31,649 nt of DNA from an uncultured Rhodopirellula sp. (GTDB taxonomy: Bacteria; Planctomycetota; Planctomycetia; Pirellulales; Pirellulaceae), in the NCBI GenBank assembly GCA_964007735.1, contig CAXGAI010000016.1:62001-93649 (forward strand). The letters are read 5' to 3'. Each line of letters opens with the position of its first letter. Positions within the stretch are counted from its first letter, which is position 1. Below the pieces are notes generated by a model. It did no database searches, had not been told where the DNA came from, and worked only from the letters and a program-made list of their open reading frames with translations. Shown here piece by piece: positions 1 through 9,159 of this stretch. The position numbers and the translations under genes were made by a program.

Positions 1-1
1 G

Positions 2-1378
2 ATGACATTTTCAAGTGCCTATGCTCCAGCTCCGACCTGTACTCCCTCTCGCAAGAGTATTCAGTTTGGAAAGACGCCTGGCCGTTTAGGTTACACCTTC
101 GTGCACGATGTCTTGGCATTGCAGAAAAAGCTCTCATGGAAAGATGAAGTCTCCATGGCCGATATTATCAAAGCTGCCAATCCCAATTATGTGACCGCGC
201 ATTTCGGTAAGGGGATGAGTGGTGATCGGATGGAAACAATTGGGTATGACATCACGGATGAGGTGGACGGCAATGCCACGAATGATAATTTCCATGGCGA
301 ATATGACAGTATTGGAAATCGTAAGCCGTTGCCGCCTGATAATCCGAAGCGAATGGCTTCATTACAGAAGCGTTCGGTGGCATTTATTGAGGAGCATGGT
401 GGGAAGCAGCCGTTTTTCATGATGGTGTCGCATTATGCAGTGCATGTACCGCATGCGGCGCGGGCGGATCTAATCGAAAAGTACCGCAGTTTACCGCGCG
501 GAAAATATCTTCAGGATGAAGATTACTTGCCGGAGGAACAAATTCCTGAGGGTCGTAAAATCAGTCATTGGCGTTTGCAGTACGCTGCGATGCTTGATGA
601 AGTAGATCAGGGTTTGGGGGCGATTATGCTGGCTGTTGAGAAGGCCGGTCAGACCGAGAATACCTTTATTATTTTCACTTCGGATAACGGCGGTGGGCTC
701 AACCCAAACGGAACGTTACGTGGAGGAAAAGCCAATTTATATGAAGGCGGATTACGAGTGCCGTTTGTTGTCGCCGGGCCTGGCGTGAGGCAAGGGGCGC
801 AGTGTGATGTGGCGATTAATCAGTGGGACTTGTTGCCAACCTTACATGATTACTCCGAAAGTGATGAAGCGTTACCGGAGGATCTGGATGGCGGTAGCTT
901 ACGTCCGGTGTTTGAGTATGGGAATGCTGCAAAAGTAGAACGGAATGTTGAAGGATTTGTCTATCATTACCCTTGTTACTTTGCTCCGCCGCTAACGGTG
1001 ATTCGCCTGGGGGACTACAAACTGATGGAGCATCATCTAACGGGTGAACAGAAATTATTTAATGTCGCAACGGACTATTATGAGCAGCAGAATCTGGTGG
1101 AGGACTTGCCACAGAAGGCTGCTGAGTTAAAAGCGGTGATGGATAAGTATTTGGAAGAAATCGATGCCGAGGATGTCCAGGATGTTTATCAAGCCCGGTT
1201 CGCCGAGCTAGATCGCTTTGAAAAGAATGCACGCGAGCAGTACAAGAAGAGGATTGAACGGGCTGGGGAAGAAAAGAGGTTGATTGATGAAGCCAACAAC
1301 TGGCTTCGTGAACAGCTAGAACGCTTCGATCGTAATCGCAAAGAATGTCGTGAGAACATGCAGGGTAAAATGTTTTAA
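2..1378 (+). CDS. Sulfatase (formylglycine-dependent, arylsulfatase-like), 5' end truncated by window edge
   Basis: CTPSR (CxPxR) signature near the start; AHFGK, HYAVHVPH, FTSDNGG, RGGKANLYEGGLRVPF motifs; the N-terminal DD metal motif is absent, so the gene starts upstream of the window. Confidence 0.93.
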   Translation: MTFSSAYAPAPTCTPSRKSIQFGKTPGRLGYTFVHDVLALQKKLSWKDEVSMADIIKAANPNYVTAHFGKGMSGDRMETIGYDITDEVDGNATNDNFHGEYDSIGNRKPLPPDNPKRMASLQKRSVAFIEEHGGKQPFFMMVSHYAVHVPHAARADLIEKYRSLPRGKYLQDEDYLPEEQIPEGRKISHWRLQYAAMLDEVDQGLGAIMLAVEKAGQTENTFIIFTSDNGGGLNPNGTLRGGKANLYEGGLRVPFVVAGPGVRQGAQCDVAINQWDLLPTLHDYSESDEALPEDLDGGSLRPVFEYGNAAKVERNVEGFVYHYPCYFAPPLTVIRLGDYKLMEHHLTGEQKLFNVATDYYEQQNLVEDLPQKAAELKAVMDKYLEEIDAEDVQDVYQARFAELDRFEKNAREQYKKRIERAGEEKRLIDEANNWLREQLERFDRNRKECRENMQGKMF

Positions 1379-1476
1379 GTTGAGATGTCTGGTTTGTATT
1401 CAATTTGAAAGATTATTCATCAATCTGACAACGCTTTTTAAGCGTTGATCGCCCCATTATCTGCATGAAATAACAA

Positions 1477-1492
1477 TGGTATGAGAATTGCA
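1477..1492 (+). promoter_or_regulatory. Putative sigma54 (-24/-12) promoter
   Basis: TGGTATGAGAATTGCA matches TGGYAY-N5-TTGCW with exact GG-N10-GC spacing; about 40 nt upstream of the ATG at 1534. Confidence 0.65.
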
Positions 1493-1533
1493 GTTGGTAA
1501 GGAAAAGACTTTAGATTGCAAAGGAGACTCCTT

Positions 1534-1956
1534 ATGAAAAACAATTGTTTGCTTTTCACCATGGCAGTGATGTTAGTGTTGGGCACGATTGTCAGTGCAG
1601 ATATGACCATTCGAAAATCCGGGTCACTTTTTCTCACGGTTGACAGTAGTGGAAATGTAAGGGAATCCGGTCGATTAGTCGGACGTATCGAGTCGAATGG
1701 AAATATTCGTGCTTCAGGTCGATTAGTGGGTTCGATTAGTAGTAGCGGTACTTTAAGAAAGTCGGGATCCTATCTGGGAGAAGTACAATCGAATGGAAAT
1801 CTGCGAAAGAACGGAAGGCTTGTTGGCCAAATCTCCAATAGCGGGACGATTCGCATACAAGGCAGGCTCTGGGGTAATGTCAGCTCTTGCTGCTCTGATT
1901 CTGAACGTCGTACGGTGGCTGCTGCGATCGTGTTCTTTGGGGAATTCTTTGATTAA
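1534..1956 (+). CDS. Secreted beta-hairpin repeat protein (beta-flower-like)
   Basis: AGGAG RBS at 1522-1526 before ATG 1534; signal peptide ending VSA; six 16-aa units of type xxRxxGxxxGxxxSxG; C-terminal hydrophobic helix (TVAAAIVFFGEFFD). Confidence 0.75.
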   Translation: MKNNCLLFTMAVMLVLGTIVSADMTIRKSGSLFLTVDSSGNVRESGRLVGRIESNGNIRASGRLVGSISSSGTLRKSGSYLGEVQSNGNLRKNGRLVGQISNSGTIRIQGRLWGNVSSCCSDSERRTVAAAIVFFGEFFD

Positions 1957-3761
1957 GGCTGATTAGTCTCGACAGGTAAAGCCTTCCGATCAGGTTCATT
2001 TGTCGGCAGTAGGTAGCAGGCAGCTTCTTCAGAGTTCCGTACATACAATTTGTTACCAACCAATACCGGGTGGTTCCAAGTTTTCCCATTCAGCATTTGG
2101 AGTGACGCTAACTCCTGGTGAGTTTCGGAATCGGTATCGAGAAGGACGATCACTCCTTGTTCAGACAATACCATGATCAGGTTCTCTTCAGGCAGTAATA
2201 AGCTTTGACCTTTACCATATCGTCCTCGTTTCCATTTTCGACGCCCTGTTGCCAGATCGATACAGGTGAAAATACTGTCGTCAAAACCGTATAGATGCCC
2301 CTCGTGTACCAGCAAATCATTAAAGTCAGATTTGAGATTCTTGGTGGTCCAGATCTCTTTGACATTCCAATGCTCAGATTTCACGTCTATTTCTAACAGT
2401 CGCGTTCCCGTACCCATACCTGTAGGAATAACAATTTGATTATCTCCGACTACGCATGGTTGCAATGCCCGATATCCACTATGCGGCCAGGCATATTCCA
2501 CGAGAATAGTGCCAGTCGTGGGATCGAGGAGGGTCAGTCCGTCATCAGTGAGAATTGCCACCTCCTGACGGTCACTGAAATTCATCTGTTGTGGTGAACT
2601 ATAGGAGTGTTCTCCTGCCGCTGCCGTCCAGACCAATTCTCCATTGGATGCTTTGTAACCGAAGACATCCTTTTCACCGGCTTCACTCGCGTGAACGATG
2701 ACATGTTCTCCCACCAACAGTGGTGATGCACAAAAACCCCACATCGGCACGCCGCGACCGGCTTCTTCTGGAATGTTCACTTTCCAGATTATGTCACCAT
2801 TGATTGGGTTTAAGCACAAAAGAATGCCCGTGGAACCTAGTGTATAGAGCTGTCCTTGGTAAAGCGTCGGAGTTGCTCTGGGGCCGGGTCCCCCCAGAGG
2901 ATCATTCAAACGAGCTTGTTCCCTATGTATCCAGATTGCCTTACCGGAACGTGCGTTGTAGCACGTGACACATTCATTCTCTCCACGTTGTTCCTGCGTA
3001 AACAGTAATTCTCCGGCAACGGCAAATGAAGACCATCCCGGGCCTATCTTGATACGCCATTGTTCTTTCGGTGGATGTTTTATCCAATCTGTATCGAGTT
3101 GGCTTGAGGTGGCAATCCCCCTACGTTCTCCCCCTCTAAAGCCTGGCCATGATACCTGCTTCATAGATTGAAGCCGACGTGGGATGGGCAGGTCATCTTC
3201 CTCTGTGGCTTCTCGTTTTAGCAGGAGTGACTCGGATGTAGGCTGCCAACGTGGCGCGAGTCTTACAGTGAAGTCTCCCCACATCCCCTCATAGCGAAAA
3301 AATAAAGAGTAGCTAAATCCAAGTATGCATCCTGTCACGGCTAACCAGTTTTGCGACAGAGGAAGCCAGCGAGCCAGGTAAAGTCCCACCACAAAGCCCG
3401 TCATGCCAAGTGGGAAAGTGATCATCATGATGACCGGACCGTACATAGTTTGGTCTAGAAGAAGTAGGACAATTGATCCCGTGGCTATGATTCCGATCAA
3501 TCCGTAAATGCGTTGGCGTTGTTTAGCCCGACTAAAGAATGTCCACCAAACTAAAGCTAATAATGAGCACAAGAGAGGGCCAAATGCGACGACCATCCAC
3601 AGCCAGGACGGAGCATCGTCATATAATTCTGTAAGACGAGATGACAAGATACCTGTAATGACGAGAAACAGAGCAGGCCAAAGTCGTAAGTTCTTTTGGA
3701 CAACAGACGTTTCATTTTGCTGCGTGTCCACCTCAGTGTTCTCATGGTTTTGACTCAACAA
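1953..3761 (-). CDS. Membrane-anchored PQQ-like (BamB-type) beta-propeller repeat protein
   Basis: About 5 N-terminal TM segments, then WPGFRG, GPGWSS, GPRATP, GFCASPL, SYSSP, TGRRKWK, KTWNHPV motifs typical of planctomycete PQQ-like propellers; stop overlaps the convergent gene at 1953-1956. Confidence 0.85.
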   Translation of the reverse strand: MLSQNHENTEVDTQQNETSVVQKNLRLWPALFLVITGILSSRLTELYDDAPSWLWMVVAFGPLLCSLLALVWWTFFSRAKQRQRIYGLIGIIATGSIVLLLLDQTMYGPVIMMITFPLGMTGFVVGLYLARWLPLSQNWLAVTGCILGFSYSLFFRYEGMWGDFTVRLAPRWQPTSESLLLKREATEEDDLPIPRRLQSMKQVSWPGFRGGERRGIATSSQLDTDWIKHPPKEQWRIKIGPGWSSFAVAGELLFTQEQRGENECVTCYNARSGKAIWIHREQARLNDPLGGPGPRATPTLYQGQLYTLGSTGILLCLNPINGDIIWKVNIPEEAGRGVPMWGFCASPLLVGEHVIVHASEAGEKDVFGYKASNGELVWTAAAGEHSYSSPQQMNFSDRQEVAILTDDGLTLLDPTTGTILVEYAWPHSGYRALQPCVVGDNQIVIPTGMGTGTRLLEIDVKSEHWNVKEIWTTKNLKSDFNDLLVHEGHLYGFDDSIFTCIDLATGRRKWKRGRYGKGQSLLLPEENLIMVLSEQGVIVLLDTDSETHQELASLQMLNGKTWNHPVLVGNKLYVRNSEEAACYLLPTNEPDRKALPVETNQP

Positions 3762-3797
3762 AGTTTTCCTTTCCTACAAGCTTGTGCGTAACCATTC

Positions 3798-4733
3798 CTA
3801 ATAAGCGATTTCCGCAGCTAATTGGAATCCATTACTTAATTTCAAGTCAACTTCACCACGTTCCAAAAACCGACGCGCAAATTGATGGGATAAATGAATC
3901 CACCAGCCCCCTCCGCCATCTCGTTTTTTCTCCAGCGTGAGCGCAGCCGTCCAATATTTAAGTCGGATTTCAGTATCATTACCGTCGGGCTCACGGATAC
4001 CCCAGCGATTGCCGTCAAACCCAATGGAAGCGTGCAACCAATGTTCACTGAAACGCCCGTTTTTTTCGAGACGCCATGAGATCTTCGACTCGGGGAATCT
4101 CAAATCAACCGTCATTTCCGGTTTAGGATCCCAGCGGAGCCCCAATGCGGGCAAGAAACCGATGTCTACCTGATTAAGATGTACAACGCCGTATGACAAC
4201 GTGAGGTCATGGGCTTCCAGTTGTTTCGTAATGAGAGCCATTCCAAACATACCAAAGGTATTGTCGGTAGCCTCAAAATCTCCAAGGTAGCTGGGCCGAA
4301 AATTGAGGAGTAAATTGCTTTTATCCGACAGGGCCTTTTTAAAGAACAGAGAGGAGCTTAGTTCATAAAGGTCGCTTCGCTTAAATCCTTCAGTTGGTAG
4401 TGTCAGCACATCATTCCTAAATGAGATTTCGGTCGCAAGAATGTTTTCAAAGTTCCCCAGTGGTATACCCGTTCCAATTTCCGTTGCAAACCATCGGTGC
4501 GTGCCGGAGTTTTCACGGTCGGTAAAGTAGCCGGAGGAGACAGCTAGCCGTTGAATCGCTTGTTTTTTAAATCGACGCAATGGCGCTTCTTGAAGCAGGA
4601 TGCTTAACTCATCCTCTTTGCTAATAACACCCTCATTGAGTCTTGTCGGGTTCTGCTGAATTTGGGCCCTGGCACTATTAACAACGAATAGCACCAAGGT
4701 GAGTAGGATCGCACTAGAGTATTTCTCAGTCAA
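3798..4733 (-). CDS. Outer-membrane beta-barrel protein (DUF6268-like)
   Basis: Signal peptide (SARA|Q); alternating amphipathic strands; FLPALGLRW and LRFPESKISW segments; C-terminal aromatic residue (AEIAY); TTG start. Confidence 0.6.
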   Translation of the reverse strand: MTEKYSSAILLTLVLFVVNSARAQIQQNPTRLNEGVISKEDELSILLQEAPLRRFKKQAIQRLAVSSGYFTDRENSGTHRWFATEIGTGIPLGNFENILATEISFRNDVLTLPTEGFKRSDLYELSSSLFFKKALSDKSNLLLNFRPSYLGDFEATDNTFGMFGMALITKQLEAHDLTLSYGVVHLNQVDIGFLPALGLRWDPKPEMTVDLRFPESKISWRLEKNGRFSEHWLHASIGFDGNRWGIREPDGNDTEIRLKYWTAALTLEKKRDGGGGWWIHLSHQFARRFLERGEVDLKLSNGFQLAAEIAY

Positions 4734-4890
4734 AGGCTTTAATTACTTTATTCGAAGCCGAGGGATTTTCAGTGTAGGAAAATTAATACGTTTCGTCGGT
4801 TTTAGTAAAGGCTAAAAGCATTGTATTTTCGTAGGAATGCTTGCTAAGTTAACTTACATTCAAATTTTGAATCAAAGGACCTTTATAACG

Positions 4891-5298
4891 ATGCCAAGAC
4901 TAAGCTCTCTGTTTTGTTACGTTGTCGGCCTGATGTATCTTGCTTTGGGTGTATGGTGTGCCGTATCACCCGAAAAAACCTCTGAGGTGGTAGGTTTTGA
5001 GTTGATTGGCGGAGCAGGAATGTCAGAATTTCTAACGGTATATGGCGGGCTTGAAATCGGAATGGGAATGACTTTTTTGTTGCCATTGTTTGGTGAGCGT
5101 TTTCTTGCTTACACCTTGTTAGTTTGTGTGTTGCTTCATGCCAATCTTGTAATTTTCAGAACATTGAGTTTCGTATTTTACAGCGACATAGGGTCTGGCA
5201 CCTATAAGCTTGCGATTGGTGAATGGAGTATTTTCTTACTTGGAATTATTCTCTATCGGACATTGCAAAAATCTTCCACGTTCAACACAAACAGTTAA
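4891..5298 (+). CDS. DUF4345-like 4-TM membrane protein
   Basis: Four hydrophobic segments; SEFLTVYGGLEIGMG motif; AAGGA RBS before ATG 4891. Confidence 0.65.
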   Translation: MPRLSSLFCYVVGLMYLALGVWCAVSPEKTSEVVGFELIGGAGMSEFLTVYGGLEIGMGMTFLLPLFGERFLAYTLLVCVLLHANLVIFRTLSFVFYSDIGSGTYKLAIGEWSIFLLGIILYRTLQKSSTFNTNS

Positions 5299-5349
5299 GA
5301 GATCGTGATTGACGGACGTAATGTTGGAATTCAATAACGTGTGGTTGCA

Positions 5350-5781
5350 ATGAGCGAACAGTGTAGAGATAAGAGCTTCTTTGGCTTATCGAAAAAGCGA
5401 CTTGTGGTTTGGGCTTTGGGTATATTGCTACTCACATCACTTGGTAAATTTGTGGCCTATGAAATTCTGGGAGCCAATCAGTTAAGAAGTCGTGTTGGTC
5501 AGCGAGTCGTTTTCCCATCTGATTTATTGAAGAATACCCCGACAGAACGTACCGAGAGATATGGCTATTTGAAAAGCATAAAATATCGGATGAACGCTCG
5601 TTTGGGATTTTTTGACCTGGAACTAAATTGTGAAATTCCTCAGCAAGCAGACCGACCGGCCAGCGAAATCGCTGTAGGCTTATCTCCACGAGAGACACTT
5701 GATCTGTTGATTGTCACCAATAAAGTTGCTGGTTTGGAACCGGAGCAGTTTTTGAGTCCAAATGAAATTCATGAACCATAA
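5350..5781 (+). CDS. Hypothetical protein with one N-terminal TM helix
   Basis: ORF co-oriented with neighbours; basic N-terminus followed by a hydrophobic segment (LVVWALGILLLTSLG); start could also be GTG 5341. Confidence 0.55.
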   Translation: MSEQCRDKSFFGLSKKRLVVWALGILLLTSLGKFVAYEILGANQLRSRVGQRVVFPSDLLKNTPTERTERYGYLKSIKYRMNARLGFFDLELNCEIPQQADRPASEIAVGLSPRETLDLLIVTNKVAGLEPEQFLSPNEIHEP

Positions 5782-5848
5782 TGGAACACAAGAAATAAGA
5801 TGTTTATGCGTGACTGACTCAGCGATTTGATTCAAAGGAACTAAAGAG

Positions 5849-6235
5849 ATGTTAATGCGATTAATGATGACGATTTTCTTCCTCATCGTTTCTTCTCATG
5901 TTTTTGCAGGTACCGGATATGAAGTGACTGTCGAGACGGATGAAGAAACCAAATCCTATATGGTCATATTTGGTGGTGGGAGGCTGTTTGCGCAGCACAC
6001 GGGTTTCGATCCGGAGACTAAAAAATTTGTGTATTTAAGATGGTCACGGGCAGAAGAACCACCTAAACCGGTGGCTAAGATATGGAATCATGATACGGGA
6101 GAGATTGTTCAGTTATTCAAATTTCCGCAGGCCAAAAATCCACTCCCGGTCATTCCCTCGATCAAAGCGATGAAGGTCTGCCCGTTTACGGGGAGTAAGG
6201 AACTGAAAGCGATTCCACGGTTAGCCATTGATTAG
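5849..6235 (+). CDS. Hypothetical secreted protein
   Basis: AAAGGA upstream; signal peptide ending VFA|G; 128 aa. Confidence 0.7.
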   Translation: MLMRLMMTIFFLIVSSHVFAGTGYEVTVETDEETKSYMVIFGGGRLFAQHTGFDPETKKFVYLRWSRAEEPPKPVAKIWNHDTGEIVQLFKFPQAKNPLPVIPSIKAMKVCPFTGSKELKAIPRLAID

Positions 6236-6394
6236 GAACCTTGTAACATATTTTGCCTGCAGTGATTTAGATTCTTTTTGTGAGAGTCGTATGGCTCGGC
6301 AACGAACCGGCATTTGCCCCGTAATCAACTTATGCGGATTTAGACAGACAACAACGGCTCAAGGGCCCTTGGTTTTGATGAAAGATAATTACAG

Positions 6395-7234
6395 ATGGTG
6401 TATGGGAAATCGATTTTTATGATGCTGGTTGGACTATTGTTGCCCGGAACAACCGTAAGTTTTCCGAGTTATGAAGTCTTGGAGAATATTCCTGTGGTTG
6501 CTCATCGAGGAGCTTCTAAAGATGCTCCTGAGAATACGCTTCCGGCATTTAAAAAAGCCTGGCTTCAAGGCGCAGACGCCGTTGAAGGAGACTTTCATTT
6601 AACGGCTGACAATGAGATTGTTTGTGTACATGATGCTAACATTCGTCATTACACACAAAAAAATATTGAGGTGAGAAATCTGACCTTGGCTGAATTGAAG
6701 AAGCTGGACTTTGGTCGATGGCATGATCAGCAATTCGCTGGAACAAGAATCCCGACGTTCAAAGAAGTTGTGGCCACTATTCCCAAAGGCAAACGTATTT
6801 TTATTGAGATTAAAAGCGATGCGAAGTTAGTTCCTCCTCTCATCCAACAGCTTCGAAATAGCTCTTTGAAATTACAACAGATAGTTATTATTTCTTTCCA
6901 TAAAGATGTGATTAAGGCTGTCGAGGACAAGTGGCCGGAGCTCAAAACATTTTGGCTGACGAGGTTTAAAACAAATGAGAGTGGTGAACTGGAACCTGCG
7001 CCGAAGACAGTTCTTCGTACGCTGGAAACTTTGGGGACAGATGGATTGAGCACCCATTTTGAAGGGCTTACCAGTGAACTTGTGAAATCATTCCAAAAGG
7101 CCGGATATGAATATCATGTTTGGACGGTCGATGAGATTCCAACCGCCAACGCGCTTATTGAGATGGGGGTTCAATCAATTACGACCAATGTCCCTGGAAA
7201 AATCGGTAAAGCGATTCGAGCTCCCTCGAAATAA
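6395..7234 (+). CDS. Glycerophosphodiester phosphodiesterase (GDPD/UgpQ-like), probably exported
   Basis: VAHRGAS, PENTLPAF, VEGDFHLTAD, CVHD, IEIK, IISF, HVWTVD, ITTNVP motifs; hydrophobic N-terminus. Confidence 0.93.
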   Translation: MVYGKSIFMMLVGLLLPGTTVSFPSYEVLENIPVVAHRGASKDAPENTLPAFKKAWLQGADAVEGDFHLTADNEIVCVHDANIRHYTQKNIEVRNLTLAELKKLDFGRWHDQQFAGTRIPTFKEVVATIPKGKRIFIEIKSDAKLVPPLIQQLRNSSLKLQQIVIISFHKDVIKAVEDKWPELKTFWLTRFKTNESGELEPAPKTVLRTLETLGTDGLSTHFEGLTSELVKSFQKAGYEYHVWTVDEIPTANALIEMGVQSITTNVPGKIGKAIRAPSK

Positions 7235-7240
7235 GTTCTT

Positions 7241-7441
7241 TCAATTTAAGGAAGGATTTCGAATGGCTAAGTACATCGTTCGGATGCTAATAATCGTTGC
7301 AGCGATTCCTAGAATTGAATAAAAGATTCGAAAGGTTATAGCATTACTAACCGGCTCGAAAGTTGTCATAAATCCAAACAGACAAAACGCACTGATTGCC
7401 AGCGCATTGAATGAGATTAAAAGCCGACTGTGTTTTTGCAT
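7241..7441 (-). CDS. Small 2-TM membrane protein
   Basis: AGGAG RBS 9 nt before ATG 7441; two hydrophobic helices flanking TTFEP. Confidence 0.55.
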   Translation of the reverse strand: MQKHSRLLISFNALAISAFCLFGFMTTFEPVSNAITFRIFYSILGIAATIISIRTMYLAIRNPSLN

Positions 7442-7462
7442 TCCCACGACTCCTCTGTTTTT

Positions 7463-7888
7463 CTAAAAGTACGATCTGGAAGATCGTCCTGTTAGTTTCT
7501 GCCAAATACTTCTTTTCGGCTCTTTGGGTCCGGTGATAATCTGGGTTTTCATTTCCTCAGCCAAATTATAGATGGCATTACCTAATGACATTCGCTGTTC
7601 TTCCGCCTCTCCTAAAGCGAGAAGATAGAAATCATTCCAACTTCCCATTCCTCCGTAGATCGAATGGATGTAATCAATGGCCTTCAGACGTTGGCGATTG
7701 GATTTAGAGTTGCCGATGGCCTGGGCAAAGTTTGAATAAATTCTTTCCCATTTGCTTTCGTTGTGCTCTCGTAGTAATAACACCATTTCCTGAGCAAGCG
7801 ATTGTAACTCTAGCGTAAAGCCGTGTAACAGTTCTAATTGTTCTTGCCAATTGGAGGGTTCTGGTTTGTTCTTCGAAAACTTGTTCAC
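7463..7888 (-). CDS. DUF6966-like helical protein
   Basis: YGGMGSWND motif, which I recognise as characteristic of DUF6966; GTG start. Confidence 0.6.
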   Translation of the reverse strand: MNKFSKNKPEPSNWQEQLELLHGFTLELQSLAQEMVLLLREHNESKWERIYSNFAQAIGNSKSNRQRLKAIDYIHSIYGGMGSWNDFYLLALGEAEEQRMSLGNAIYNLAEEMKTQIITGPKEPKRSIWQKLTGRSSRSYF

Positions 7889-7936
7889 CTGATTGCCTAT
7901 CTTTTAAATAGCCTGGAAGTAAGCATTCTTTTTAAC

Positions 7937-7976
7937 AAAAAGGTTGGCCGATTTAGTAAAACCGGCCAACCTTTTT
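7937..7976 (-). terminator. Rho-independent terminator (bidirectional-type)
   Basis: AAAAAGGTTGGCCG ... CGGCCAACCTTTTT inverted repeat immediately after the stop of 7985..8323. Confidence 0.85.
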
Positions 7977-7984
7977 TCTAGTGA

Positions 7985-8323
7985 CTAGAATCCCCAGAAG
8001 GATGGAAAAGATTGTTGAGAGAAGTTTGAACGAAAACTTGATCGCGAGCGATATCGTTGACTAGTGAAACTACGATACTGATAACTTTGCCGATTTGACT
8101 GAAACTGATATCGTGGCATACAAAAAGTACTCGGATAATGAAAGCTCGGGTAAACCGGGCGCCGATACTGATGGGCTCGATTCGAGAAAGAGGATCCGTT
8201 GTAAAAGCTGAATTGTCCACCTTGGGGACCGAAAAGACTAAAGCCGAAGTCGGCTGCTTTGGTTTCTGGTACTGACCAACTTAAAAAAGCCATCATACCT
8301 AAAACGAATACTTTCTTACTCAT
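7985..8323 (-). CDS. Secreted low-complexity S/F/Q/R/Y-rich protein
   Basis: GGAGA RBS 7 nt before ATG 8323; signal peptide ending TKA|ADFGF; own sigma54-like promoter and terminator. Confidence 0.75.
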   Translation of the reverse strand: MSKKVFVLGMMAFLSWSVPETKAADFGFSLFGPQGGQFSFYNGSSFSNRAHQYRRPVYPSFHYPSTFCMPRYQFQSNRQSYQYRSFTSQRYRSRSSFRSNFSQQSFPSFWGF

Positions 8324-8352
8324 AAGATGTTCTCCAAATGTGATTGCATTTA

Positions 8353-8369
8353 GGTCAGACGGTCTGACC
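8353..8369. repeat. Perfect palindrome in the predicted 5' leader (possible operator)
   Basis: GGTCAGAC-G-GTCTGACC: 8-bp arms with a 1-nt spacer, between the sigma54 motif and the RBS. Confidence 0.5.
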
Positions 8370-8385
8370 AACTGGTGGATTTAAT

Positions 8386-8401
8386 CGCAAACACCGTACC
8401 A
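8386..8401 (-). promoter_or_regulatory. Putative sigma54 (-24/-12) promoter
   Basis: Minus strand reads TGGTACGGTGTTTGCG, with GG-N10-GC spacing, about 60 nt upstream of ATG 8323. Confidence 0.65.
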
Positions 8402-8662
8402 AAGCACTAAACCCTAAGTTTTAAGGCTTTAACCTCTACGGCGGTGAATAAGGCAGAGTCAATTTGAATCATGGTGTATTCAAACTGACTAGATCTAATA
8501 GATAGGGCCTGAAAACCTTATTTTGGATAATTTTTCCTTTTTCCTGTCCGGTCTTGGAGTGGCTTACGTTTTAGATAGCGTAAGGGGCAAATGATTGAGA
8601 AAAACAGATTCAGTCACCTTTGAAATGTCCCACTCAAATAACCACTTGCCAGGAGAAAAAAA

Positions 8663-9097
8663 ATGAAAAAGGCAATAACAATGATGGTAGCTATTTTGGT
8701 AGCACATATGAGTTTGGGAGAGGTAAAAGCACAGGATTTCGGATTTCCGTTCAATATGAATCAGGGAGGATCCTCGTGGAACATGCGAAGCAACGGTATG
8801 AATCAAGCACCCTTCCAAATGGCACCTCGAGTCGTGAGAGCTCGTAATGTTTCGAATTCGCAGGGAAGTAGTAACCAATTCCAAGATTTACTGCAGCAAA
8901 TCCAGCGAGCTTCTGCCGTACAGAACCGACAGTCATCACGACGTGTGATCTATCATCGTGAAGTAGAACGTATGGAAATAGAAGAGCATGTTAACGAATC
9001 GAGCAGTTTCAACATTGAAAATGTACTGAATCAATTCCGACAAGGTTCATCGGAACAGTATCGCAACAGAAATCGAAATCGATTTGTTCAGCGTTAA
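8663..9097 (+). CDS. Secreted low-complexity Q/N/S/R-rich protein
   Basis: AGGAG RBS; signal peptide ending VKA|QDFGF; followed by a strong terminator. Confidence 0.8.
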   Translation: MKKAITMMVAILVAHMSLGEVKAQDFGFPFNMNQGGSSWNMRSNGMNQAPFQMAPRVVRARNVSNSQGSSNQFQDLLQQIQRASAVQNRQSSRRVIYHREVERMEIEEHVNESSSFNIENVLNQFRQGSSEQYRNRNRNRFVQR

Positions 9098-9116
9098 CTA
9101 AATCTAGCTTAAGAAA

Positions 9117-9159
9117 TGGAGGGAGTAAGTCTTTGGAAACTTACTCCCTCCAGTTTTTT
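9117..9159 (+). terminator. Rho-independent terminator between convergent genes
   Basis: 14-bp stem TGGAGGGAGTAAGT / ACTTACTCCCTCCA followed by a T-tract. Confidence 0.88.

Noticed and set aside
5849..6235. Degenerate zinc ribbon (FDPETKK and CPFTG knuckle-like turns)
   Set aside because: Only one Cys is present, so metal binding cannot be supported
6228..6422. 64-aa ORF bridging the secreted protein and GDPD
   Set aside because: TTG start, overlaps both neighbours and has no recognisable features; probably intergenic
7985..9097. Calling the two low-complexity proteins curlin (CsgA/CsgB)
   Set aside because: No Q-x-G-x-x-N-x-A-x-x-x-Q curlin repeats; kept only as a non-curlin hypothesis
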